From Bugula neritina (taxonomy: Eukaryota; Animalia; Bryozoa): a DNA stretch of 64,000 nucleotides. A model generated the notes under the pieces. That model was not told the DNA's origin, searched no databases, and worked only from the letters and a program-made list of their open reading frames with translations. Shown piece by piece: positions 19,615 to 41,589 of the stretch (positions within the stretch are counted from its first letter, which is position 1; each line of letters opens with the position of its first letter). A program made the translations under genes and the position numbers. The stretch is taken from the NCBI GenBank assembly GCA_964035545.1, contig OZ037769.1:8413929-8477928 (forward strand), written 5' to 3'.

Positions 19615-21725
19615 TCAAGGCGGTCAAACACTTTAGACCATATCTATATGGGCGCACATTCCGGCTTCGGACGGATCATGCGTCCCTGATATGGCTGTGT
19701 CGACGGGCAGAACCATCAAGCCAAGTGGCGCGCTGGCTAGAGATCCTGGCAGAGTTTTCTTATCGGATCGAGCATCGACCCGGTAAGAAACACGGTAATG
19801 CAGATGGACTCAGCCGCCGCCAGGCAGATGGGTGTAAGCAATGCCAGAATATCGAGCGCAGGGACGGTGGACCCCCTCGCTCGAACGTCGAAGCGCAGTT
19901 GGGGAAAGCGGGTGTGTACAGCTGGGAAGAAGGGCAACTCCTGTCCGAATCGCCCAACAAAGCTGTTAACAACTTTCACGCAAACCCCACGTTGCTTCGG
20001 AACGTCAGGGAGCTATGTCGGCTCCAGTCCACGCTACCAGGAGTGGTAGCTGACCTAGTCCGGGCCAAAAAGGAGGGACGGCGGCCGAGTGAGGCCGAAC
20101 AGCGAGTGAAGAGTACTGAGTTTAAGTACTTCTGTGACCGCTGGGACTCCCTAAGGTTCAACAGCGATGGGCTGCTAACGATCACGTTGGCAGCCGGCAC
20201 CAATTGCAGTGAACGAGAGAGGGTAGTCTGCCCGTCAGCTCTGAGGCGGGAGTTGATCTGGGACACCCATAAGCAAGCTCACGCAGGAGCTAGCCGGGTG
20301 ATCAGGTGTCTTCAACTCCAGTGGTTTTGGCCCGGTATGACCCGGGATGTCCGACTCCGGGTGCGGAAGTGCGAGGTGTGCCAAGCTAGCAAGCATGGCC
20401 GCCCCACTGAGACCGCAGGGAGGCGTCGCCTCCATGCCGGTCGTCCGTGGCAGGTGGTTGCTGTCGATCTGGTAGGCCCCATTCCCACTACAGCGAGAGG
20501 TAATAACTGGATACTGGTATTAACTGACCATTTCACGCGGTGGGCTGATGCACTGGCTATTCCAGATGCGTCGGCCCCCTCGGTGGCCAGAGCTCTGGAT
20601 CAACAGGTGTTCTGCTATTTCGGCTTGCCGGAGCAGATACACTCTGACCAGGGCGCCCAGTTTCAGTCGCAACTTATGAGCAATCTCTGTAGAGTGTGGG
20701 GGGTAAACCAGAGTCGGACGACCCCGTATCACCCGCAAGGGAACGGGGTCGTGGAGCGGAACAACCGAATGCTAGGGGACTCTCTGAGAAGCCTGCTTAT
20801 CGGTAGGAGCCAGGAAGAGTGGAACTTGGTGTTGCCGCAGATCATGCGAGCGTACCGTAGTACCCCTCACTCCAGTACACTGGAGACCCCTAATTTTCTC
20901 ATGCTGGGGAGAGAAACAAGGGTTCCTGAGCATGTAACCTATCATGTTCCGACTCCCGAGAGCAATGTCCACGACTACGTGGACAAGCTCGTCAAACGCA
21001 TGGGGACGGCTCACGAGGTGCTACGTGAGCAGCAGTGGCAGGTCAGGAGTGGTGACTCTGACGACCCACCTTTATACAAGGTGGGGGACTGGGTCTGGAT
21101 GACCAGTCATCGCCGCAGGCGCGGACAGGCAGCCAAGTTGCAGCCGAAGTTCGTAGGTCCCTACTGCGTAATTGAGGTAATGCCAAATCATACATACAAA
21201 GTGGAACGGTCTGGACAAGTGTCGATCCAGAACGAGGCACGGCTAAAACCTCACTGGGCAAGTCCTGAGGCGGCAGGTCAAGCACCTCCTCTCTTAGAGC
21301 CAGCTAGGCGCCCTCCTATGAGGGGGCGACCCATGGCGTATCGAGAGATTGAGGAGATCCTGCCAGACCAGGACGGGGCGGCTGATGCGTCAGCCGACCA
21401 GCCCCAGCCTCCTCCACCCCAGGAAGAGGAGGTCGACACACCTGAAGACCTGTCGGAGCCGGCCCCACCACCTGTGGAGCCGGTCGACAGGCCCATCGTT
21501 CCGGATGAGATGGAAATTCCTCAAAATACTGAGGGAGAGGCAGCTGGGGGAGGGCCACCCGTACTGGTTGACCCCCCCGTACTGGTGACACCACCCGTGG
21601 TGGAAGAGTCACCAGTCGCAGCAAACTCCCCGGTACCGTTGGACCGTAGCCAACGTACCAGGGCGCCACCATCTTATTTAAAAGACTTCTTGTGTGACTT
21701 GGTCGACATGCACAGTATTCTGTAG
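19605..21725 (+). CDS. pol: Gypsy pol, RNase H end + integrase (HHCC, DDE, GPY) + Pro/acidic tail
   Basis: TDHASL, NADGLSR, H-x4-H...CEVC, VDLVGP, SDQG, ERNNR, KLQPKFVGPY. Confidence 0.93.
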   Translation: MAVVKAVKHFRPYLYGRTFRLRTDHASLIWLCRRAEPSSQVARWLEILAEFSYRIEHRPGKKHGNADGLSRRQADGCKQCQNIERRDGGPPRSNVEAQLGKAGVYSWEEGQLLSESPNKAVNNFHANPTLLRNVRELCRLQSTLPGVVADLVRAKKEGRRPSEAEQRVKSTEFKYFCDRWDSLRFNSDGLLTITLAAGTNCSERERVVCPSALRRELIWDTHKQAHAGASRVIRCLQLQWFWPGMTRDVRLRVRKCEVCQASKHGRPTETAGRRRLHAGRPWQVVAVDLVGPIPTTARGNNWILVLTDHFTRWADALAIPDASAPSVARALDQQVFCYFGLPEQIHSDQGAQFQSQLMSNLCRVWGVNQSRTTPYHPQGNGVVERNNRMLGDSLRSLLIGRSQEEWNLVLPQIMRAYRSTPHSSTLETPNFLMLGRETRVPEHVTYHVPTPESNVHDYVDKLVKRMGTAHEVLREQQWQVRSGDSDDPPLYKVGDWVWMTSHRRRRGQAAKLQPKFVGPYCVIEVMPNHTYKVERSGQVSIQNEARLKPHWASPEAAGQAPPLLEPARRPPMRGRPMAYREIEEILPDQDGAADASADQPQPPPPQEEEVDTPEDLSEPAPPPVEPVDRPIVPDEMEIPQNTEGEAAGGGPPVLVDPPVLVTPPVVEESPVAANSPVPLDRSQRTRAPPSYLKDFLCDLVDMHSIL

Positions 21726-21965
21726 CATGGCGACATTCACAAAGAAGTCTGGGGGAGCGAGGTAATTGATAGCAGGCGACCCAGTGGCGGATTGAATAGG
21801 TCAGCCGGGGGTCAGCAGAGCGTAGCCAAATCACAGCATATAGGGTGTTACATAAGCACTCTAGCTGTGAGCGCTCTTTTCAATTACAGCTAGCAAACAG
21901 GCAGCACGTCTTTTGCAATAAACAATTTGGCTATCTACGAGCCCTAAGAAAGCAGCAGCATCAGT

Positions 21966-23163
21966 ATGTCTAATGCAGCAACTGTTTTGGGGGGTAAGTC
22001 TACTAGAATTTCTATAATAAATTGTTAGAATTTATTCTGGTAGCGACAGCAGTCTCACTTTGTCATAATGATAAAGTTGAAACTCCTGACAGCAAATGAT
22101 ATTTGATAGTTAGAGTGGGACGGTCAACTCAGCTGATTACACGATCAGTGAGTGACAGACTGTGAGACTCGATTATTAATATCGTTTGGAACGGGAGTCC
22201 CACGCATAGAGTGTAATTAAATTTTAATACGCTATTGCAGGTGAGACTGAGCCTGTATCCGACGAGATACAGGCATTACTTGACACACCTACGACTAACT
22301 GGGACAGCATGTCAGAAGCAGGGGTAGACATGCTGTCCGACATACACTTAGCAACATTTACGGACTCCCCGACAAACACTGCGATGCAAATTGATACAAA
22401 TGACTTGACTGTTGACTTGACTGTAGCCAAGGACAATACTCTAGCACTACCACGAGCCTTACTGGAACGGACTAACTGGACGACTCGACGGACTCGAACA
22501 CTGATAGAAGCACTAGTAGAGACAGACGACAATAGACAATGCACTGAATGTAGAAGAATACTATCGACTACTAGGAGACTGAGAATACATGTTCCCCAAC
22601 ACTTTACTGTGACTTTCTGTCCCTGCGGAGTCCACCACTTCTGCAGGGACACGATACTACGACATCAACGGACTAGAGACTGCTACGTTGGACACTTATA
22701 TGAAGTCGACGCAGACTCCTACACTGAGTTCAGGGACCTGATACTACCTCACGTGACCGACCCAGACCGACGACAGACTCTCCTAGACCACTTCCCCGCT
22801 ACCCGACCTACAGTAGAGAGTGACTCTGATGCAGACCCCCAACCCTCCGAAACAACGACTACCTACCCTCCAGACGTGACCACTCAACCCCTACGCGTCG
22901 TAGTAACCCGTGCTGGACGCGCTGTAACGAAGGACTCACAACCCCCAACGACGACGATCTCCTACGTGCCCCGACACACCCATAAGAAGAAGAGAGGTGC
23001 TAGCAACACACCCCGAGATGACAGCGACCCTGACCAATCCCTACTAACCGACATTAGGAAAGTGCAACGGCGTATGGCTCGCCTCAGTAAGGAACAGAAG
23101 CGAGCGACCACCAAGCTGGCTAAGTTGCAGACCCGACTAGAGAAACGGCTGGCGAAGAAGTGA
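21966..23163 (+). CDS. Gypsy accessory ORF3: predicted two-exon gene (21966-21993 + 22241-23163, 316 aa) for a double zinc-finger, basic, coiled-coil protein
   Basis: Open ORF 22309-23163 extends upstream in frame to acceptor TTGCAG (22240). Donor G|GTAAGT at 21993/21994 joins it in phase to ATG 21966. C-x2-C-x12-H-x3-H, C-x-C-x12-H-x5-C, HKKKR, C-terminal heptads. Confidence 0.72.
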
Positions 23164-23411
23164 TAGCAGTGCGGCCACTTACACATGTACCCCCCCTCCC
23201 TCCTGGCTAGTCAAGCAATGTAAATAGGTGTTATGGACTACGGCGTGAAGACTCGTTTATTATACTTATGTTATCTACTCTGTATATATATTTTCTCTTG
23301 TTCAAGTGTACCCCTAGTTTTGTAAAACCCTGTGTTATCTTCATCATTATTCGTGTGTTACTGTCATGTAAATATTAAGTCTAGAGAGTACTTTTCGATA
23401 GGCGAGGAGAG

Positions 23412-23821
23412 TGTGATAGATTTTAGTAATGCAATTCTTATTATATTAATCGAAAAGGTTTACTCTATATTGTTTGTTATCTTGTGAGTTCGACACTGTC
23501 GGAGTGTAACCATGGACAGCAGTGGCACCATTAGTAACCACCAATCATGACAGTCACACTAATTGATAGCAGGTGGAGCTAGCTACTCGTAGTTGCAGTG
23601 CGCTGAGTAGCTAGCCGGCAGAGCAGCTTGGGACTTCAATTAGAGTAGTTGTGTATTAAAGCTCACTAATTATGTAACAGTTTTCTATTCATGCTAGCAG
23701 TAAATAACCTTCTTGTATTTGTGTAAATAATAAAGTGTATCTTATCGTAAACAACCTTGTGCAGTGGCTTTGTCTAAGTTAACCCACACATAATAATAGT
23801 GAACTGGCAAAATTCACTACA
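23412..23821 (+). repeat. 3' LTR of Gypsy A
   Basis: Preceded by purine tract AGGCGAGGAGAG; starts TGTGA; AATAAA near 23728; ends CACTACA where host-repeat homology resumes (alternative end 23790). No second LTR to confirm. Confidence 0.7.
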
Positions 23822-25289
23822 GTATAATACGATGTTTTAGTATTTGTGTGATTAGATATGGTCTATTTTAGCTTTAGCTAAGAAATATGCTTGCGGATCT
23901 TTTTGTCATTTGCTATTGACTGGCAATAGGCAATGTTTTTTTATGTTGTATCTGCCAATTTAAAAAAAAATCTACCGTTTATCTGCTTCATAATAAATGC
24001 TGAAGGATGGAAGGTTCACACACTCCTGCAAATATTTACTTGAACCTCAAAGATAAATGATCAGGTGGAAAAAAAACTGTAATCCTAATTTTGCACGTAA
24101 CCCGCAGTTCTGCTTGATTAAATAACAAAGAAAAGGCATTAGACATTAGAGCACACCGTCATTGTCATATGCGCTAAATATATATGTGCAAGCATAATGA
24201 AAAACCCGGCCGGCACACATCAATTTAGTAAAGAATTTGAAAAAAAGTTAGAAACACAACAAAATTTGATAAAACCCTAATTATTCAACTTTTTTTACTA
24301 TTCCATTAGTTTAGGACAAGAATCCACATACATTAGCTGCTAGATTGTAAAAAATAGCTAAAAGCTAAAAATGTAAAGTGTGTCGTAAATTAAATAAAAT
24401 GACCCACGTACAACTTATTCATACGACATATTATATTAGTTTATATTTTTATATGCTACGCATAAACTCGTACATATAGTGTTCTATGCAGTTTAAGATC
24501 ATTTAATCAGTTCCTGACCTTTTGCCAGCTGCATTAACTTCTATATAAAATATTTCACTGAGAGCTCAAACAAGTTGATTGTCACAACAACAAGAAAATA
24601 TGAGAAAAAATTTGCAGCCAAGTATTTTACCATAATTATATGGGTTGAACTGATATACCATAATATTTTCCACAGATGTCAGTTTGCTCCTGCAGTACCC
24701 AAAACCACAAAGAAGCTTTGAAGTTCATTTCTTTCAAGTTCTGGCAAGAAAGAATATTTTTAATTTTTTTCTGGAACTGCTAATCTGTTTACTTATGCCA
24801 ACATATTAGTTTCAGAAAAAATGAAACTCGTACTAGCAATAGTCTTTACACAAACCTTAAATTTCTACTGATTTCATGTGCTTGTTCTATATATCATGGA
24901 GACTACACCTGGCCCTCTTGGGAGGAGACGACTACATAATGCAAATGCCCATGGAGGGATTTGTGATAAAGGTCTATTAAACCTGCTAGCACATTGTTGA
25001 GTGAAAGGAGATGTAACAGAATCTTCAGTTCTAAAAGGAGTAGGAATTGATGTTGTGCTTGGGGCAGACAGTATTAGCGAGTGTGTCATTTAGTTACATT
25101 CATACACACTCAAATACTCTAGCTTTTAGCTATTTTTCGCAATTTAGGTCCTATTGTAATGTATATAGATTTTTGCTTTAAAATATTGAACTGTTAACAA
25201 ATACAACTAAATAATTACGCTTTATCCAGTTTTTCATTGTTTTCTATGATTTTTTCCAAATTCATCAGAACATTGGAATATATGGACCG

Positions 25290-25423
<134 letters not shown>

Positions 25424-25453
25424 GTATATATATATATGTATATGTATATATAA

Positions 25454-25579
<126 letters not shown>

Positions 25580-25678
25580 ATAAAATGAGTGTTTATAAAA
25601 CGTTACTAGAGTGCTCTATAGAAATAAATCTAGAGCATAAACATTAGAAGAAGTAAAGTGAGATTTGATAAATATAAT

Positions 25679-25739
25679 GGCATTTATTACTAGTAGTTTC
25701 GTACACAAGAACGATGTGCACTCGTCAGATAAATTAGCC
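25679..25739 (-). ncRNA. Type I hammerhead ribozyme, family A
   Basis: Intact CTGACGA / GAAA / GTA core with three stems on the minus strand. Confidence 0.8.
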
Positions 25740-25749
25740 ACTATATAGT

Positions 25750-25810
25750 GGCTAATTTATCTGACGAGTGCACATCGTTCTTGTGTACGAAACTACTAGT
25801 AATAAATGCC
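25750..25810 (+). ncRNA. Type I hammerhead ribozyme, family A
   Basis: GGCTAATTTAT-CTGACGA-GTGCACA-TCGTTCT-TGTGTAC-GAA-ACT-ACT-AGT-A-ATAAATGCC. Confidence 0.8.
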
Positions 25811-25839
25811 ATTATATTAATCAAATCTCATTTTACTTC

Positions 25840-26007
<168 letters not shown>

Positions 26008-26009
26008 AA

Positions 26010-26056
26010 TCTGTAGACAGCAGCTGTTTCGGGATTTGTCCCCTCATCAGCACAGA
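26010..26056 (-). ncRNA. Type I hammerhead ribozyme, family B
   Basis: Minus strand: TCTGTG-CTGATGA-GGGG-ACAAA-TCCC-GAA-ACAG-CTG-CTGT-C-TACAGA. Confidence 0.82.
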
Positions 26057-26150
26057 ACAGGGTACCATGGCCCACACCTTCGCAATAGTAAAACTTATAG
26101 TTCTACTAAAGCATATTTCAAAGGTGTGTAAACTCAAGCCAGCTAGAGTG

Positions 26151-26308
<158 letters not shown>

Positions 26309-27862
26309 AGCACACAGACTTGCTTCACTTCATTGTCAACCCTTAATGGTTCTGATAGTTCTCCATTCATGCTGACTGATGCAATCATTCAATGGTGTAG
26401 AGCCGACACTTGCAAGATTGGTGAAATGGGCATGACAATCAAGTTTCTTAAGAAAACTCTGCAAAGCATTCCTGTTCAAAGTGTTTAAAGTATTGGTGAA
26501 ACCCACACCACCATATACAATGTCATATTCTGCTCAACAAACTAATCTTAAATCTGATTTAGGAAGAATATCATATCTACAGTGCATTGGCTTGCATGAA
26601 ATCCACATTGTGCTTCTGGGAATAGGTATTTTGCATAAAAGTATTTCACCATATATTGGTTGAACTGATATACCATAATATTTTCTACAGATATACCAAT
26701 CAGCTTTCTTAAACAAAGTTATAAGCTTTGCATCTTTTCATTCTACACTACCAAGAGTTAACAATGATCTCATGAAAATGCTGCACATATTAATAAGTGT
26801 TCATTGGATTTCAACATTACATTTGATTTCTGCTTATTACAGCAAATTGCTGTATGTGATGCTGACTCAATAAAAATATCCCAAAAAACTCATAAAGTGA
26901 AATCAGCTGGCCCTCTGCCACCTCTACAAAGAAAGAGTTACACTACTACACACATATATCTTGTTCCAGTATGAAGCTCAACACAAAACAACTAAGCTGC
27001 TTTTTACTCAGAAATATTGATAAATAGAGTTAATGTAGAAAAATATAAAAAACTAGTTCACTCTTAAAATTCTGAGTCGCCACACATATCTTCAATTTAG
27101 CAGGTTTCATTTACTTTTACAATGAAGTTAAGATTGATATACTTTGTACTTATATAATAAATATATAAATAAAGAATATAATGTAATTATTTTGATAGCC
27201 GCTAAAAAAGAAAATTTTAAACACGAATTTTAAAAGATTAATATTAGTTTTATTAAAATATGAATTTTTTTGTTGCTTTTTATTATTTACAATATTAAGA
27301 TCTATAATATTATCATGATTACTATTTAAAGGTATATTCTATCACATGTTCAGAAAACATGGTTTTGAAGCACAAATGACTCATACATTAAAAACATACA
27401 AATATAATAGAAACCATGATACATGATAGTATGAAGTAATCACGCTTGTCATTAGTTACATAACAAAAGCACTGTTTTGGAACAACTGAACTTGATATTA
27501 CATAAAATTGAGCACATAATTATTACACGGCAACAACACTGCAATGTGATATATGTGATTAAGCACAATATTTTATGAATATATTATGTTATAGTTAGAT
27601 AGTCATAGTAACAGGAGACTGGCTGTGACAAATACTCATGCATACATACTGGCATACATACATGAATACATACATATGTGAATGCCTATGTACTTACATA
27701 CACACATACATACATACATTCATACACTCATACATACACACATCAAAACATGTATACATGCATGAATCAATACATATATACATACATACATACCTACATC
27801 AATACATACATATGAACTGCACATACATACATCTACCTACATACGCACATACACATACATAT

Positions 27863-27896
<34 letters not shown>

Positions 27897-28012
27897 TCAC
27901 ACACACAGGCATACGCATATACACACATACATGCATAAATATTATGTATGTCAATGCACACATGCATGCATATACACATAATAGCATGTTTTAGGCATAC
28001 ATAGCATGCATA

Positions 28013-28524
28013 GGCATAATAGCATGTTTTATATACTGAAGCAAATCTTTGCTATGAAAAATCACTGCAGTAACAAAAAATAAAGCTTTGTTTTGTTCAA
28101 TTAGACAAATTTTTAAATTAAAACAAAGACACTTCTCTGAGTAGCTTATCTACTTTATGTACATGCAAAGGAATTTCCATATAACAATTTTTCTAACGCA
28201 ATAGGTATGATATAGAAATATGTTACATTTTCACATAGCATGCATACTTGTTTGTATTTATTAATGTATACATTAATAAATACAAACAAGTATGCATGCT
28301 ATGTGAAAATGTAACATATTTCTATATCATACCTATTGCGTTAGAAAAATTGTTATATGGAAATTCCTTTGCATGTACATAAAATAGATAAGCTACTCAG
28401 AGAAGTGTCTTTGTTTTAATTTAAAAATTTGTCTAATTGAACAAAACAAAGCTTTATTTTTTGTTACTGCAGTGATTTTTCATAGCAAAGATTTGCTTCA
28501 GTATATAAAACATGCTATTATGCC
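28013..28524. repeat. 512-bp near-perfect spacerless palindrome
   Basis: Centre TGTA|TACA at 28268/28269; arms are reverse complements with about one mismatch noticed. Confidence 0.93.
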
Positions 28525-28591
28525 CTATTTCTCAGCATGTACATAATTTTACAAATAATATCATAATATAAACTGAGTAAGATGCAACTAC

Positions 28592-38950
<10,359 letters not shown>

Positions 38951-41162
38951 TCTAAAATTAGTCAGATGTTGAGATATGTTTTTGATATTGCAAAGTTTGC
39001 ATATCTTATATTTACAATTGCTTACACTAAAATATGTATATACTGGTTTGATCACATTCCATAAACATTCTGACATAGTTAGGGTTTTGAACAAATTTGT
39101 ATAGATTTTAATGTAACTCAATTTATTTTCAGGAATATTTGTAAAAACATGTAATATGCACTTGGGAATAACTTCATTCACTTTGTTATGCTTGATTTGT
39201 TCATTGAAATTTTTTGTTTAAAGAGTATTGGTTTTGGAATATATGAGAGTGAATTAATATTAAAATAATTTAGTTTGTCGTAATGTGATATTCATATCAT
39301 AAAAAACAATGTTCTAATCATATTTCAAACTATATAGTTGCCATTATATATAAATTATTGAATAATTATTGCAGTATGCAGGTTTGAGCTTTCATGACAA
39401 TGTAATAATATACTCAAACTCTTTTAATTTATTTTATAGTAATTCTCTGCGTTGTGGTCTACTCAATATTTAATTGCATAATATATTAAAAAAACCTTCA
39501 TTCAAAAAACCTTTGAACTTTTACGAATGTTTAATAAACAGGATACAAGATATAAAAAGAAAAAAAACTTTTTACTTTAAACTTTCTATGGTATACCAGG
39601 ATTGTGAAGAAATAATTTGTTTAATGCGTCTGTTGTGTATTTCTATAATAAATAAATAATATACACAAACCAATTGCAAATAAGTTATTATTTAACACAA
39701 TATTGAATAATAACAAAACTTAAACAAACAGTTTTAAAAGCATTTTATAGGTAATAAAATCATAAAGAATTACCTGAGTTGAAGCAGAACATAAGAGATT
39801 AGACAACAGCTGGTTAATGTGTGGACCAACTGCAAGCTCCTTCAACAAGAAACTGCAACTTGAATATTGATTTCTAATTGCTCTCATAATTTTGATATTT
39901 ATTGATTGTTTGCATATGTTTAAATTACTTCTCATGCAGTATAATATTGAAAAAATATATCATTTATATATACATGTTTCATTCTTCTGTATTATCACAA
40001 AATGCATGTAAGCAAAGTCTTGTCTGTATATATTATTATATCATTATGCTATATATTGGATGTTTTTACTTTAATGATTTGCTGCTTTATACCTTAATGA
40101 CTGTATTTAGTGATTTTAAAGCATTTTTAATAACTATAGCCATTAATATTGTAATCATTACAAAACATCAACTTTTTTCTCACTTAATATAGAATTGTCT
40201 CTCACAAGCTGTCCAATGTTTGCTAAATTGTAGAGTTCTAACTTAATTAATAAATAATCTGTTTTACTATTTCTTATAATAAACTGGAAATCATATGCAC
40301 TATCTGTATCAGGCTCTCAGTGTTTTTTTTGGCCAAACTCAGTAATTTATAAGTTACATTATATATGTTGTCCGATTCCTGAAATTGTACTCATAATAAT
40401 TGTAGGTAATGTTCTATTGTAATTATTTTAACTGTAATTATTTTAAATAAACTTCAATTTTCCTCCAATAACTGAATAGTTAATGCAAAAACATATATAT
40501 AAAACAATTATTTCTATCTGATGAGCTGCCCAATAAAATGAAATGCATAGATGTATGTAGTGTGTTTATTCATTTCCTATAAAAAAATTAATTTTACAGA
40601 AAGTGTTTGCCTAAATAAGAATAAGAGAGAAAATTTTAAAACTTGCATTGATCATTTAATATTTGCATTTTGATTATGCAAAACAGCTAGTGCTGCGAGA
40701 CTTAAATATTTAAATTTCCAAGAGAAAATGTATGAGGAGGACCACATTCCGTTTTATAAAGAAAAAAAATCAATAAGTATGATATTATGCTATTAAACTC
40801 TGGTGACATCTGACAGTTTATAGAGATCATATTTAACACCCACACTTTACAAATATTCGTTATAATATCAAATTTCTCTTTGAAAAACTAATACAAGCCG
40901 TTCGTTTAGATTAAATACCACAAATAAAAATTCTATGTAAAATGATACTATAAGCTTTTCTTCAAACTAATGTGAAGTAGTAATATATACAAGTATAAAT
41001 GTATATTATGCTGATTTTACAGTATAACTCTTAAACAGCAAGTTATGATGTACATGTACAATATGCACAATATTTAGTCCTATGGTGTCTGACTATAAGT
41101 TTATATGGTTTCAGGAATTGTACCTAGCTGTAAGTTGACATCAGAAGTTATAAATAATAGTA

Positions 41163-41589
41163 TATGGGTCATTTTACTTAATTTAGTACACACCGGAAGT
41201 TTCCAGTTTTTAGCTATTTTTCACAATTTAGCTGCTAATGAACATGGGTTTTTGCCCAAAACTAGTTAAATGTCAATCAACACACATAAATAATCGAGGT
41301 TCTTCCTAATTTTGATTGATTTTCCATGTTTTTTCCTAATTATTTAGCTACTTTTGATTGCAGACCGTTATGGTTTTTTCGTAACGGTCTGCAATCAAAA
41401 GTAGCTGAATAATTAGGAAAAAACATGGAAAATCAATCAAAATTAAAAAGAACCTCGATTATTTATGTGTGTTTATTGACATTTAACTAGTTTTGGGCAA
41501 AAACCCATGTTCATTAGCAGCTAAATTGTGAAAAATAGCTAAAAACTGGAAACTTCCGGTGTGTACTAAATTAAGTAAAATGACCCATA
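41163..41589. mobile_element. Foldback MITE of two ~210-bp TIRs (probable Academ-like family)
   Basis: TATGGGTCATTTTAC...GTAAAATGACCCATA, near-perfect inverted arms with a ~10-bp spacer; related termini at about 24410, 43545 and 48104. Confidence 0.88.

Larger units (their letters stand above)
18214..23821 (+). mobile_element. Gypsy LTR retrotransposon A, 5'-deleted (no 5' LTR, gag or protease), with extra ORF3 and 3' LTR
   Basis: GC-rich pol with RT-RNaseH-integrase order, then ORF3, a purine tract and a TG..CA terminal segment. Confidence 0.92.

Noticed and set aside
21727-21765. ATG 21727 with donor AG|GTAATT as the first coding exon of ORF3
   Set aside because: Phase 2 donor is incompatible with the phase 1 acceptor at 22240; it could only be a non-coding junction.
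18186-21834. Many short antisense and alternate-frame ORFs over Gypsy pol (also 58261-60940)
   Set aside because: Expected shadow ORFs of GC-rich coding sequence; no motifs.
22309-23163. ORF3 as an env gene
   Set aside because: No signal peptide or transmembrane segment; zinc-finger and basic motifs instead.
39774-39887. Possible upstream exon of copy 2 ending CAG|GTAATT
   Set aside because: No matching acceptor or homology; the signal-peptide exon already supplies a start.
40512-40555. CTGATGA...GAAA hammerhead-like core
   Set aside because: Stem II does not pair, and stems I and III cannot both form around a valid cleavage triplet.
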